DNA of 63,785 nucleotides, filler included, from Bonamia ostreae (Eukaryota): NCBI GenBank assembly GCA_040357525.1. It is 13 parts of 13 records of this genome, joined end to end, with 100 filler letters (N's around TTAATTAATTAA, not from the genome) between each part and the next. Parts side by side here need not be neighbours in the genome. Positions count along the whole stretch, not along the records: positions 39,430 to 44,230 come from JBDODL010000264.1; positions 44,331 to 49,127 come from JBDODL010000265.1; positions 49,228 to 54,019 come from JBDODL010000266.1; 10 more parts are not named here. One strand, 5' to 3'. Shown piece by piece: positions 39,430 to 50,793 of this stretch (position 1 is its first letter; each line of letters starts with the position of its first letter). The notes under the pieces were generated by a model. It saw only the letters and a program-made list of their open reading frames with translations, ran no database searches and was not told where the DNA came from. The position numbers and the translations under genes were made by a program.

Positions 39430-39893
39430 CAGAAGGGATAAACCTTACCATTAAAGCAATCGCTATCTGTCGCGAATATTTGAACGGTGATGACATCGGC
39501 ATCTACTGCTTTCTAGAAAAAAGCAACGAAATGGGCGGACTCCGCTTCGTCGTCATAAAAGACGCCCAAAACTTGTACAGAGAAACAGATTTTGTTCAAA
39601 ACAACGAAATGATCAAAATCTCAAAGCACAGCAAAGTACCAAAGATAGCAAAACTCTTCATACATTATTTGCTCAAAACGGGCAGTTTGACAATGGGCTC
39701 GATGGGCTCTACGTCAGTTTTTCAAGGGATAAAATCGATCATTTTAGCGGGAAAGCAGTTGCAGAAAATGGGATTGGAAATATCTTTCCAACCGCGATTT
39801 GTGAGTTTGCAGATTGGCGATGCCGGGAATGAGAAAAGAAGTGTATTGAAGATAGAAGTGAAAATCGAGAAATCGTATTGTCATCGTAATTAA
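39430..39893 (+). CDS. Tandem SpoVS-domain protein (5' partial)
   Basis: INLTIKAIAICREYL...IYCF then MIKISKHSKVPKIAKLF...SMGSTSVFQGIKSIILAGKQL...ISFQPRFVSLQI...RSVLKIEV, aligning by eye to SpoVS. Confidence 0.75.
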
Positions 39894-40283
39894 ATATTGT
39901 TGAAACAATATTTTTTTGTAAAATTATAAAGAACGTTGTCGATAAAATACTTTTGATAATTTTATAAAAACGTTTTCCAAATTATAAACGTTTTTATTAA
40001 TTTTTAAATTAAATATTTTGTAAATTTATAAAAAGGTCTTCAAAAAAATTTTTTATATAAACTTCAAAAAATAATTTTATAAAAATAATAAAAAATAATA
40101 TTTTTTTGCTTATAAAACCGTCTTCGATAACTATATTTAATACTGTCAATAAAGTTTTTTGCAACAGAATATTTTTTGCCAAATTTCAACAATTTTAACC
40201 GAAATTTTATGATTTTTTATATTTAAGTCATCTCAAAATAAAATTATTAAATATTTTTTGCGAAACAAGAAAAAACAAAATGT

Positions 40284-41185
40284 TTATCTAACGCAAACCC
40301 AAAGTGTTTTGGTGACAACTAATGTTAAAAAAATTATGCCCACGGCAAAAGTATGTTTGACCAATATAAATCTATCTTCTTCAATGTTCAAACCTTTTTT
40401 CAAATTGTTTGTTTTTTTCAGGTCGACAATGGATTTATGTAATGTCATGCAAATTCTGTATTGAGATTTTTCTGTTACAAAAAAATTGTCTAATCCCGGC
40501 TGTTCTAAACTCCTTTTGCCGTATTTATAATTCTTATCGGTCATCCCCAAAATATAACTTATCTTTTTTTATTTTTGCTGAAGGAAAATTGATATGTTCA
40601 TATTCAAAAATATTTTTGTGTAGATATTCATAAACATCAATTTTATAAATATCAAAACCACTAAATAAAAACGTCGTAACTCAAATTAATAACAAATTTA
40701 TCGCTTATTTTATGCACAAAAAATGCATTTTCAGTGCAAAAATCATTTTCAAATTTTACTTTTAAATCGATTGAATCACAATTTGTCATTAAAATTGTTA
40801 AAAAGTGTTCATTCATTTTTTCTTTGATTTTCTGATTAAGCGTAACTTCTTCAGAAAAATTACTGTCAATTTCCAAAAACATATTTAAGTTTTGGGCCAC
40901 AAATTTGAGATTTTCTCTTATTTCGTCCTTATTTATTTTACTGTTGCCGGTTTTGTTACAAGTTCTTTCACCGTCTAAGTACAAAATAAGAATTGGCAAT
41001 GTGATTTTGGCAGTTTTGTAATTGCAGTCGACGTGCTTTGAAATTTTTGGCAATATAGTCAATCGCTTGTAATTATTATATGGTTTTTTTAAATTGAAAG
41101 TCCGCGAATTTTTTTTGAGTTTCGGACTTTTTGCGAATAGATTTTGAGTCGTCAAATTTAGAAATATCAAAGTTAAAAGTAACAT
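40284..41185 (-). CDS. Type I membrane ADAM/reprolysin-like pseudoprotease, paralog A; intron 40563-40672
   Basis: Signal peptide, FCTENAFF...INLSYD|ISYILGM, LEQPGLDNFFV, C-terminal TM. Confidence 0.7.
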
Positions 41186-41423
41186 TAGAGAAATTGTTTT
41201 TATAGTTTATTAATTCTATCAAATTTTACTTTCTCAAAAAAAATCAAAATTGTTTTTTATTAGAAATTCGCAAAAGAAAACAGTCTATTTGCGATGAAAA
41301 TTTGATCAAAATTAAAAAACAATTAAGAAACAAAAATTTGTAAAACTATTTGAAAAAATTAACGAAATAAACCAAAATAATTTATTTGTAAACCTTTAAA
41401 ATAAAAACCTTTAATACGAAAAA

Positions 41424-42302
41424 ATGCTTTTTGTTATCTATCTCTCCGTCTTTCTAAATATTTGCCAAAACATAAAAATCGTCAATAATTACAAACAATT
41501 CACCCCAAAATCGCAAATGACAGTACAAAGTTTTATAAATTGCAGAGAAATCGGTCAAAATTTCAAATTAAAATCAAAAATCGTCATTCCCAAATTCTGC
41601 GGAATCGACCCAAACTCGGTAAAAATGCAAGTAAAATTGGCAGAAAGGTACTTGTTGCATTCATTAAACATCATCGTTATGTTTTGCGTGGAAGAAATGG
41701 ATCTTGGCGTCAATGCTTGTACTCCGGGATGTGATCATCAGAATATCCGCAACAAAATTTTAAAAACAATACAAAACGGCGAATACATTTTAGTCGCGAT
41801 GGTGTCTCAAAGCTGCTTTAATAACACAAGGACTGTCAGCAAATCTAATTTCTGCAAAAAATCTGGCTTCTTTATGTTCAAACACGGTGAGAAATTTGAT
41901 CTCACTTTGGCTTACGATGTTTAGTAACAACTGAATATGTACATTCTTAAATAAACTGTAGCGATAAAAATTGGTAACAAAAAATAAAAATAGTTTGCGT
42001 ACGTTTTGAGAATGGAAGAAAGCAATTATAAAGCAGCAAAAAGAAATTTGGAACAACCTGGAATCGACACGTTCTTTTTGTCCGAAAGGTCGTCATTTGA
42101 AATCTGTATAATGTTAAAAAGCATTTTGAAAGAAGATTTAGAGTTGAAAAGAGACTGTCTTACAATAGAAAAAGAAGAATTTCTGTTCTTGAGAAACTTA
42201 CTCTTGTTCATTTCTTGTTTCTTGATCTTTTTGTCTTTGAAAAAGCTTATCCCGATTTTCTACAAGAAGTTGAAGAAAGGTTATAACAAGAAAAAAGATT
42301 AA
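41424..42302 (+). CDS. Type I membrane ADAM/reprolysin-like pseudoprotease, paralog B; intron 41919-41993
   Basis: Signal peptide, FCKKSGFF...LTLAYD|FAYVLRM, LEQPGIDTFFL, RDCL, C-terminal TM; same intron position as paralog A. Confidence 0.7.
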
Positions 42303-42499
42303 ATTTTTATTTTTGTTTTTTAATTTAATAAAAAAGCACTCATTTTCAGTTAAATTTTTTAGATTAAGACGATCCATTTTCGTTAAAAATAAGATTTATC
42401 GAAATTTTTTTAATAAATTTTTTATTAACGGAAATTTTTTTAAAAATTTGAGAAAAGAAAGATCTTTTAGAAAAAAGCAAATTTAATATTGGAAAAAAT

Positions 42500-43199
42500 T
42501 TAATTTAGCGACATTCTGCAAAGCGGACAACTTCTATTGACGACAATCCACTCATTTAAGCACTTCTTGTGAAATTCATGTTCTGCGAAGCATTTCAATT
42601 TAATTAATGTTTCGCCTTTTTTGTAATCCTCCAAACAAATATTGCAATGACCAGATTCTTCTTCATTTGAAATTATCCTTGAAATTCCGACTTTTTCCGA
42701 TTCCGAATTTTTGTTTTTGATTTTACAGAGCCCGATAACGACGTAAACCGACCAGATCAATAAAGGAAACGATTGTAGAGCAAGTTCTAATAATTCGTAG
42801 ATAAATCGCGCTTTTGTGCAATTTAAGTTTTTATCTGTAAAAAGGAACCACTTTTGCATTTTTATAAAAACGGCGTGAGAGATATTAAACATGAAATCAA
42901 ATGATAAGAAGAAGAGAAAAGAGGAAATAGAAACTCTTTTTATAAAGAAAAGCATTCTCACAAAAACTTCTAAAATTGTCGATTTTTGGTAAATTTGTTT
43001 TACAAAAATATCAAATCTTGTAAAAACGGATAATATAAACATATTTTCTCAACATATAAACATCTTTTGCGCAATATAAAGTGTACGCGAAAATATCAAG
43101 AATAGAATACCCAATTAAGAATATATTAAGGGCGACATCAATAATTATTAGTTTAAATGGAATAGGAGATCTTAAAAATAATATCGTGGCAGAGACCAT
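42500..43199 (-). CDS. Membrane-anchored RING-H2 E3 ligase
   Basis: Several TMs then CNICLEDY...LKCFAEHEFHKKCLNEWIVVNRSCPLCR. Confidence 0.9.
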
Positions 43200-43432
43200 T
43201 TTTATTTTTGTTTTTTCTGTTTCACAAATTTAATTTTCTGTTTCGCAAATTATTTGGAATTTAAGTTTTCTGTTTTGTTTCTAGTAAATTTTGTTGATAC
43301 AATTTTTGTTTGACAAGTCGTACAAAAATTTGGCTTGATACAATGAACAAGATGCTGGAACTCGGTCATAAAAACACGCCATTATTCATCAACAGAACTT
43401 TAATTTCTATTTTAAACTTGTTAAAAATAAAA

Positions 43433-43503
43433 GGTAAAATCTGAGTTACGCCCATTAATGGCCATTTTTATAAATTTTTATATTGCGAAACTCAGATTTT
43501 ACC
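43433..43503. mobile_element. 71-bp MITE-like element with Merlin-type ends
   Basis: TIR GGTAAAATCTGAGTT / AACTCAGATTTTACC (15 bp perfect, 18/19 extended) flanked by the 8-bp direct repeat AAATAAAA. Confidence 0.7.
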
Positions 43504-43610
43504 AAATAAAAAATAAAAAATTCTAATAAATCTGCCATCGCAATTCGAAAGTTTGGCTAATCGCAAAACAAACAATTTTGATATAATATTCGAAAAAAAG
43601 AATTTAGCAA

Positions 43611-43860
43611 ATGTCAGACAATTCAACAAGAAAACAAAAAGAAGAGTTTATAGAAGACATTAACAATCGATTTGCTGCAAAGGTCTTTAACGAAGTTTAC
43701 ATTTATTCATTTCAAGCTTTGCGTCACTTGTTATAAAACTTGTGTGAAGAAACCGGAAAGGAAGCTAACTCTTGGACAAAAAGTATGCATTCAAAACTGC
43801 TCAGAACTTCATAAACAAGTTTTCCAACAAAGGATTCAAGCGATTAATTGGAAAAATTGA
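43611..43860 (+). CDS. Small Tim chaperone (twin CX3C, Tim8/Tim13-like); 22-nt intron 43695-43716
   Basis: CYKTCVKKPERKLTLGQKVCIQNC. Confidence 0.85.
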
Positions 43861-44548
43861 TCTTCGATTAAATCTAATTTTAATATTGAAACGATTTTTT
43901 GTATTCGAAAATGTAAAAACATAATATTTCTCATTTCTTGAATTTCTGAGTCAATATGTCCCAGATTTCTATATCCTTTCATTTCTACGTTACATGGAAG
44001 TTTTCAGAGTATAAAAATATCTTTATTAACGTTCAATTTTTTACTTTTAAAAACATAATTAATTTTTATCTTTTTAGGGGCAAACATTTTTTGCATTTCA
44101 AAGTAAGAAATGTTTAAAAAAAGACTCATTTTTTTATCATTTTAAACATATCTATATAAGATTTATTGTAAGTTATTTTATTTTGATAAAAGTATTTTTA
44201 AAAATATTAAAAGAATTATTTTTTTATTTTNNNNNNNNNNNNNNNNNNNNNNNNNNNNNNNNNNNNNNNNNNNNTTAATTAATTAANNNNNNNNNNNNNN
44301 NNNNNNNNNNNNNNNNNNNNNNNNNNNNNNATAACCAACATTCCTTTAAAATGCGTACACTTAGTTCACAGATTTGTTGTTTTTGTAATTTACCATTAAA
44401 AGGATTTTTCGAAATTTTTTCATTAATCACAAAACATTCTATTATAATGACAATGTTGTCTCTATTCGTAATTTAAAAATTGCCTATTTTAGTACAAAAA
44501 TAGAAAAATGTTGACTTTGAAAAAATCGACTTTTTGTAAAAATATTTT

Positions 44549-46332
44549 TTATATTTTAAATGGTTCGACAACTAATCTAGATCTTTCAATAAAGCCAGCT
44601 TCTTTCAATGCAACATTTTTATCTTTAAAAAGCGTTCGTGGAAATATCGTCAATAAAACAAAATTTGGCCCAAAATCGAGATCTTTGCTTTCTACGAACA
44701 AATAAAGTTTCTTTTTATTTAAAAGCAAATTTTAAGTTCTTTTCATTTTTTTTTGTAATTTAATTTTTAACTTTTTTTATATTTTTTTTAGCATTTTTTG
44801 CCATTTTTTTGACGATTTTTTTTGTTTTTAACTTTTTTTTGACGTTTTTTAAAGTTTTATCATTTTTTTTTAATTTTTTGTTTTTAACTTTTTTTTGACG
44901 TTTTTTTAAAGTTTACCATTTTTTTTAATTTTTTTACCATTTTTTGACGTTTTTTTAAATATTTTTGCCATTTTTTTGACTTTTTTTTAAATATTTTTAC
45001 CATTTTTTTGACGTTTTTTTTAATATTTTTACCATTTTTTTTAAATATTTTTACAATTTTTTTGACGTTTTTTTTTAAATATTTTTACCATTTTTTGACG
45101 TTTTTTATATTTATTACCATTTTTTAATTTTTTTTGTTTGTACCATTTTTTGACGTTTTTCTAAATATTTTTTTCATTTTCAAAGTTAATCTTAAATAAA
45201 CTAAAAATTAACTTCAATAGTGTCAGTCGCGTTAAATCGCCGTGAAATAGTTTTTCCGTCGGGCAAACTAAAAACAATCGAAATCACATTCTCTTCAGTC
45301 AAAAGCGGTTCTTCGTTGTCTTCAAAGTACTTTTTCAGTTTTTCGACTTTGCGCCTCTTCTCCTAAATTTTAAAATTTAGCCACAATCTAAAACTGAAAA
45401 CTTCTTCAATTTTCAATCTCTCCATTCGCTCTTGTTTCTCTTTCTCAGCTCTGTCCCTCTCGTCGCGATGCAAATCTCTGTCGCAATTTATCGCCTTTTC
45501 GTAGTCCTCGTCTTGTTTCTTCCTCAGATTCTGCTCCTTCCGCCTGTCTTCGCTCCGCAAAGCTTCTCTCCGAGTAAAGTCCTCGAAGTTCGAATGACTG
45601 TCCAACAAACACGTCAGCAACGTCATCTCGGAGATTCTCCCTTCGTGCTGGAACACTCTCACCCAAGCGCTGTTTTTGGAGGGCGCCGCTATCAGGAGAA
45701 AAGGGAGTTTCGAGATGCGGATTTGCGCGCCCAAATTTTTGGCTTCTCTCGATGTCACGTCCGCCATCCAAGAAATGTAGTTGCGATTCAGAAACTCGAC
45801 GACCGGTTTGGACGTCAGAGCGTTTCTGCAGAAATCGTCTATGTCGTGGACGGAATATCGCTCTCCGCGAGAGTATTTGCTTTCCGGACGCGAGTCGTGA
45901 ATGTACACGAACAAAAGCTTTTTTTCTGAAGCGCATCGTTTCACGTTTTTCTCGAATTCGTCCGAAGAGAATTCCGGGTGGAGAGGTCCGTATTTTTTTG
46001 TGAATTTGTTCATTGTGACTTCGAATTCTTTTTTTTTGTCGGCTTTTGTTAGGATAATCGAAACCGACGAAAAAAGATTTGAAGAAAGAGAAAATGTTCG
46101 TTGTGAGATTTGAGGCGAAAGTGGCGGTGCGAGACAGCAAGCTTCGTTGGGCGGTTTTGGGTCGTTCAAGGAATTTGATGACGGCTTCCTAAATTGGTTG
46201 AAAATCGAAAACGTCGACGTTCCAATTCTCTTCTTCCAGAAATCGAACGCAGAGCGCCGTGTCTTCGCACAAAACGTATTCTTTGAAGGTTTTGAGTTTT
46301 TCTGATTTTTCAGAAGTTAGATTTGCTTCCAT
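44549..46332 (-). CDS. UBA-UAS-coiled coil-UBX protein (FAF1/FAF2 family)
   Basis: FLEEENWNV (UBA-like), KKLLFVYIH...DDFCRNAL (UAS), LRKKQDEDYEKA, FSLPDGKTISRRF...FPR (UBX). Confidence 0.9.
44710..45185. repeat. T-rich degenerate tandem repeat (ccattttttgacgttttttt aaatatttt) filling a UBX intron
   Basis: Many degenerate copies visible. Confidence 0.85.
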
Positions 46333-46514
46333 TTTTAAGCTTTAGATTTAATAAATCGGATATTGGTGTATATGGGGTTCGTTTAAATATGATTTTTTTG
46401 GAGTTAATGAGATTATTTTGCTTCTTGATTGACAATTTTGTGTATTTGATTCGATTATTTTTGTGAAAAAGTGCACTTTTTTGCAAATATTATTAAACGA
46501 TATAAAAGTGTTTA

Positions 46515-46660
46515 TAAAATGGCCAATTTTGTCTGATAAAAATATTAATAATCTGTAACAAAAATGACCAATTTATAGAAAATTTTTGCCTTATAAAAAT
46601 ATTAATAATCTGTAACAAAAATGACCAATTTATAGAAAATTTTTTTATTAATAATCTGTC
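46515..46660. repeat. ~56-bp tandem duplication in a divergent intergenic region
   Basis: ataaaaatattaataatctgtaacaaaaatgaccaatttatagaaaatttt twice plus a partial copy. Confidence 0.8.
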
Positions 46661-46773
46661 AAAACTGGTTTATCTTTCAGCTTTAAAAGATTTTGATCAA
46701 AATTTATCTTCTTTTTTATGGCATAGAACTTAACAAAACTTAAAAAACAGTAAAATTAATCAAATTAATAAAA

Positions 46774-48737
46774 ATGGATAAAGATAACAGATTTTATATC
46801 AGTGTTCAAAAAAACGGCAAAAATTTGACTAATTTTAGCCAAAACTTCCAAAATAGCGCTGATTTGAGCAAGCAAATTTTTATGGAACTGGAAAAAAACA
46901 AAATTATCAAACCAAAAGAAAAGATTTCCTTATTCCGATATCAAAACTCTGTTGATGTAACAGTGCACGAAGAAAGTACTTGGAGCGACTTGATAAGTTC
47001 AATTAATTTGCAACAACAAAAGATTTTTTCTTAAAAGCGTACAACAGTATTTTTATGATCGACGCTCCATCTCAGATCAAAACAGAACCGGATCACAACC
47101 AATATCAACTTTTTAGTCAAAACGAATCTCGCGTAGACGAGAAAGAGTACGAAGATGAAAAGATTCCAATCGCGATTTCCGCTTTTCAAAATTTTTTGAC
47201 TTCATTCAAACATTCTGATACTGTTTCAACCGAGAACTTTCCAAGGATGTTAATATCTCATTCCGGGGGAGGTCACAAATCTTTAATTTATGGTTTGGGA
47301 GTGACGATGGCTCTAGTTGATTGTGGACTATACGAATGTTTTCTTTATTCGTGTGGTATAAGCGGTGGAAGTTGGTTACTTGTTTTATTACACATTGTTT
47401 TACAAATGAGACAAATTTAATGTTTTGACACGAAATTGTTGTTATAAAAACTTTAATGTAACTTGTTTTGTTAAACCAATAGTGCAATTTGTTGAACCAG
47501 GAAAAAGAATTGAAGAGAGAGAACATTGAGAGTATAAAGAATACAATAAAAAAGAGTTTTAGCAATTTTTCGTTTAAAGACGTTAAACACGAGGGAGATA
47601 ATTTGAAAATTTGCAATTTATACGCAGAATTGTTGAGACAAGATTTAGCAAAACCGTTTTTTGTACATGTAACATTAATTTTTGTTAAAAATTTTTTGTT
47701 TATTTTTGTAAGATTGATTTTTATTGAAAATATTTTATGTTACCATCAGAAAGAAGAACATTTCAGATTACGACAAATCATTAATTGAACTAAAAATCCC
47801 AATGCCAATCATCGCCATTTTAGCACGATATCCCAATGAAAACAGTCATACAGAAGAACTTGTAGAAATCACCACAAAAAACGTTTGTTTTTGTCAAAAC
47901 AAAGGTCAACTTTGAGGAAACAAAGGTTTCTATGGATGTTGATGCTTTTGGGAGAAAATTTCAACATGGAGTTACCGTTGGAAAAGGATATAAAGTTTTC
48001 CTCTCAAAAATTATGGCGATAAGCGGAAGCTTCTACGGAATAAAAGGATATGAAGCAGTTGGATTTACCTGTTTAAGCAAATGGTTCATAGACGTTTTTT
48101 TCAATTACAAAAGATATTAAAATCTTTACCAAATGACACATTAAACGAGCTGAAAGTTGTTAATTCGCCGAGAATACCAAACCCATTTTTTAAAACAACG
48201 GAACAAAACATTGAAGAACATTTATTGGATCAAAACATTTCAAGTTTGGAAGAAATCGAAGTTGTCGATTATGGTTGCATTTCTAGTCTAACTGTTAATC
48301 CTGCTTTAAGAAGAAATTGCTCTGTGATATTCATTACTGTTACTTGCGCTCTAAATGTTTTTATTTAGAGTTGATCTTATTTCAATTTTTCAAATTTTAA
48401 TTATTAGACACTGTCCGATTATCAAAAAAGCATTGGCAAATTCGTTAAAAAATATAAAGAAAAGACAAAATTTGAATTCCCAAGGTCATTTTTAGACAAG
48501 AAAGTGGATGAATTAAATTATGAAAAAGAAGATAACTTTATCTTTGAGAGCGAAAATTCCCTCGTAATCGTCTACGGATCTAACTTTGATCTTGAAGGAA
48601 CGAAAGATTATTCATTTTTAAAAATGTTGTACGAAGAAAAAGAATTTGAGTCTTTGTTCAATTTGGGGAAGAGCCACGTCAATAAAACTATTAATATGGT
48701 CGCTTCTCGATTATCCAAATTTATTAAAAGACAGTGA
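46774..48737 (+). CDS. cPLA2/lysophospholipase (PLAC) family protein, multi-exon
   Basis: SGGGHKSL, GLYECFLYSCGISGGSW, FGRKFQHG, IPNPF, VVDYG. Confidence 0.8.
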
Positions 48738-48759
48738 ATATTTTTCATTTTATTCTTTT

Positions 48760-49127
48760 AACCATTTTTCAATTTGTTAAAAAATTAATATTTTCCGATA
48801 TTTTTAAATTTGATAAAATATTTATGTTTTAAATTTCTGATAAATTATTATTATTTTCCGCCATTTTCAATTTGTCAAAAAATTATTTTTTTAACCATTT
48901 TTCAATTTGTTAAAAAATTAATATTTTCCGCCATTTTTAAATTTGCTAAAATATTTATGTTTTAAATTTCTGATAAATTATTATTATTTTCCGCCATTTT
49001 ATATTTGTCAAAAAATTATTTTTTTAACCATTTTTAATTTGTTAAAAAATTAATATGTTCCGCCATTTTTAAATTTGTTAAAATATGTATGTTTTAAATT
49101 TCTGGTAAATTATTAATATTTTCCGCC
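48760..49127. repeat. ~133-bp tandem repeat at the contig end
   Basis: accatttttcaatttgttaaaaaattaatattttccg... three copies. Confidence 0.85.
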
Positions 49128-49389
49128 NNNNNNNNNNNNNNNNNNNNNNNNNNNNNNNNNNNNNNNNNNNNTTAATTAATTAANNNNNNNNNNNNNNNNN
49201 NNNNNNNNNNNNNNNNNNNNNNNNNNNCGACAACTTTCCAAAAATAGTCAAAATTGATTTTTTGTTCGAAAAATTTTGCTAAAATTAACAAGAATTGATT
49301 TTTTGTTCGACAAATTCGCAACAATAAAACCAAAAAATGATTTTTAGTTCTCAAAAATTTTACGAAATTTCGAAAATGAGCAAGAACCG

Positions 49390-49907
49390 CATAAACATCC
49401 AAACAATAAGCGCCAGTCGCCACGATCACAAGCAACAACAGACAATTTATCCCAGTCGCTGTCGCCGCCGCCGAGAGAAAAACCAGATCCATTCTGCCGT
49501 GCAGCGCTTCGAGATATTTCTCTTTTGTCAAATGAGTGAAAATGATTTGTTCTTTGTGCCATTTCGGGAAAAACAATCTGCGAACTGGAAGTTTTTCCGG
49601 ATTTGCTCTGAGGCGACGAGAGACGATTCTTTCGTTTATTATTCGCAATCTGCGGCCGAAGAAGAACAGGATCGCCGAAGTGGCGGATGCTTTGAGCTTA
49701 AAAATAAAATTTGAATTTACGAGAAATCGATAAAGCGGCGAGCGGTCTTTGGATTTCTTTTTTGTGAATTTTTTGTTTGTTTGAGACATTTGCGAGAATC
49801 GGATTATATAGATAATTTAAAGCTTTTCGAAATATAATTTTACAACCGATTTCATAATGGCCAATATAAATAAAGTCGAGAAAAAGAAAGCGGAAAGTTT
49901 GGAGCAT
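49390..49907 (-). CDS. Hypothetical membrane protein, partial
   Basis: Coding-like GC content and hydrophobic segment GINCLLLLVIVATGAYCL; exon structure uncertain. Confidence 0.45.
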
Positions 49908-50017
49908 TGCTTTCAACGTTATTTTTATTTCGGCGGATTATCTTATAGCTTACGGACTTTCTTACAAAATAAATAAAAGGGCTTTTAATACACGAAAGAG
50001 TTGTCTGGGAATCGAAA

Positions 50018-50480
50018 ATGGCGCTGCTTCGCGTCTTGATCTGGAAAACAATCGGCGGACTTTCGAGGACTTTTATTTCTATAAAGCGGCGGCCATTCGT
50101 GGCAGCAATCGCATCGTCGATGGCGCTCTTAATGAGTCCTCTGGTTCTCTCGGTCTCCATTCTTGTTTCTTTCTGCGCACTTTGCACAAGTGGACTTTTG
50201 ATTGGACTTGTTTTGTTGTTTGCGCCGTTGATGGCTCTCTTGGTCGTTGTCGTTTTTTTTTTGCCAAAATTCCGTTTGCGACATAACATATTTTCCAAAC
50301 AGAACAAAACTTTTATTAAAAAAGACGGCAATTGTTTTATTGTGCTCCGTCGCGTCTGCTTCGACGATGCTATTTTTAATGAGATCAATTGCGTTTTTGA
50401 GCAAAGTTTTATATTTTTAAGTAAAGAAAATCGTTCGAAGAGGAGAAAAGTTTGGATCGGAAATAGCTGTTGTACGAAAT
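50018..50480 (+). CDS. Promethin/oleosin-like hydrophobic hairpin protein; 3' end uncertain
   Basis: About 55-aa uninterrupted hydrophobic stretch with internal prolines after RRPFVAAIASS. Confidence 0.45.
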
Positions 50481-50793
50481 TAATGTCCAATTCTGTAATA
50501 AATGGAACAAACTTTTTTTACACATTTTTAAATTTCAATAATTGTGATTTTACATTGTTTTCCTTTGTAATAAAATTTATCCATTTTTGTGTTATAATTT
50601 ATTGTGTTTGAATTTTTTATATCCGAGAAAAAGAAAGAAATCTTTTATTCTGTTTTAATCAATCAGAGAAAAAGAAAGAAATCTTTTATTTTGTTTTAAA
50701 AAATCAGAGAAAAACAAGCAAATCTTTTATTTTGATTTAATCCGAGAAAAAGAAAGAACGCAAATAAATAAAGTTCTGCTATTTACAATTACT

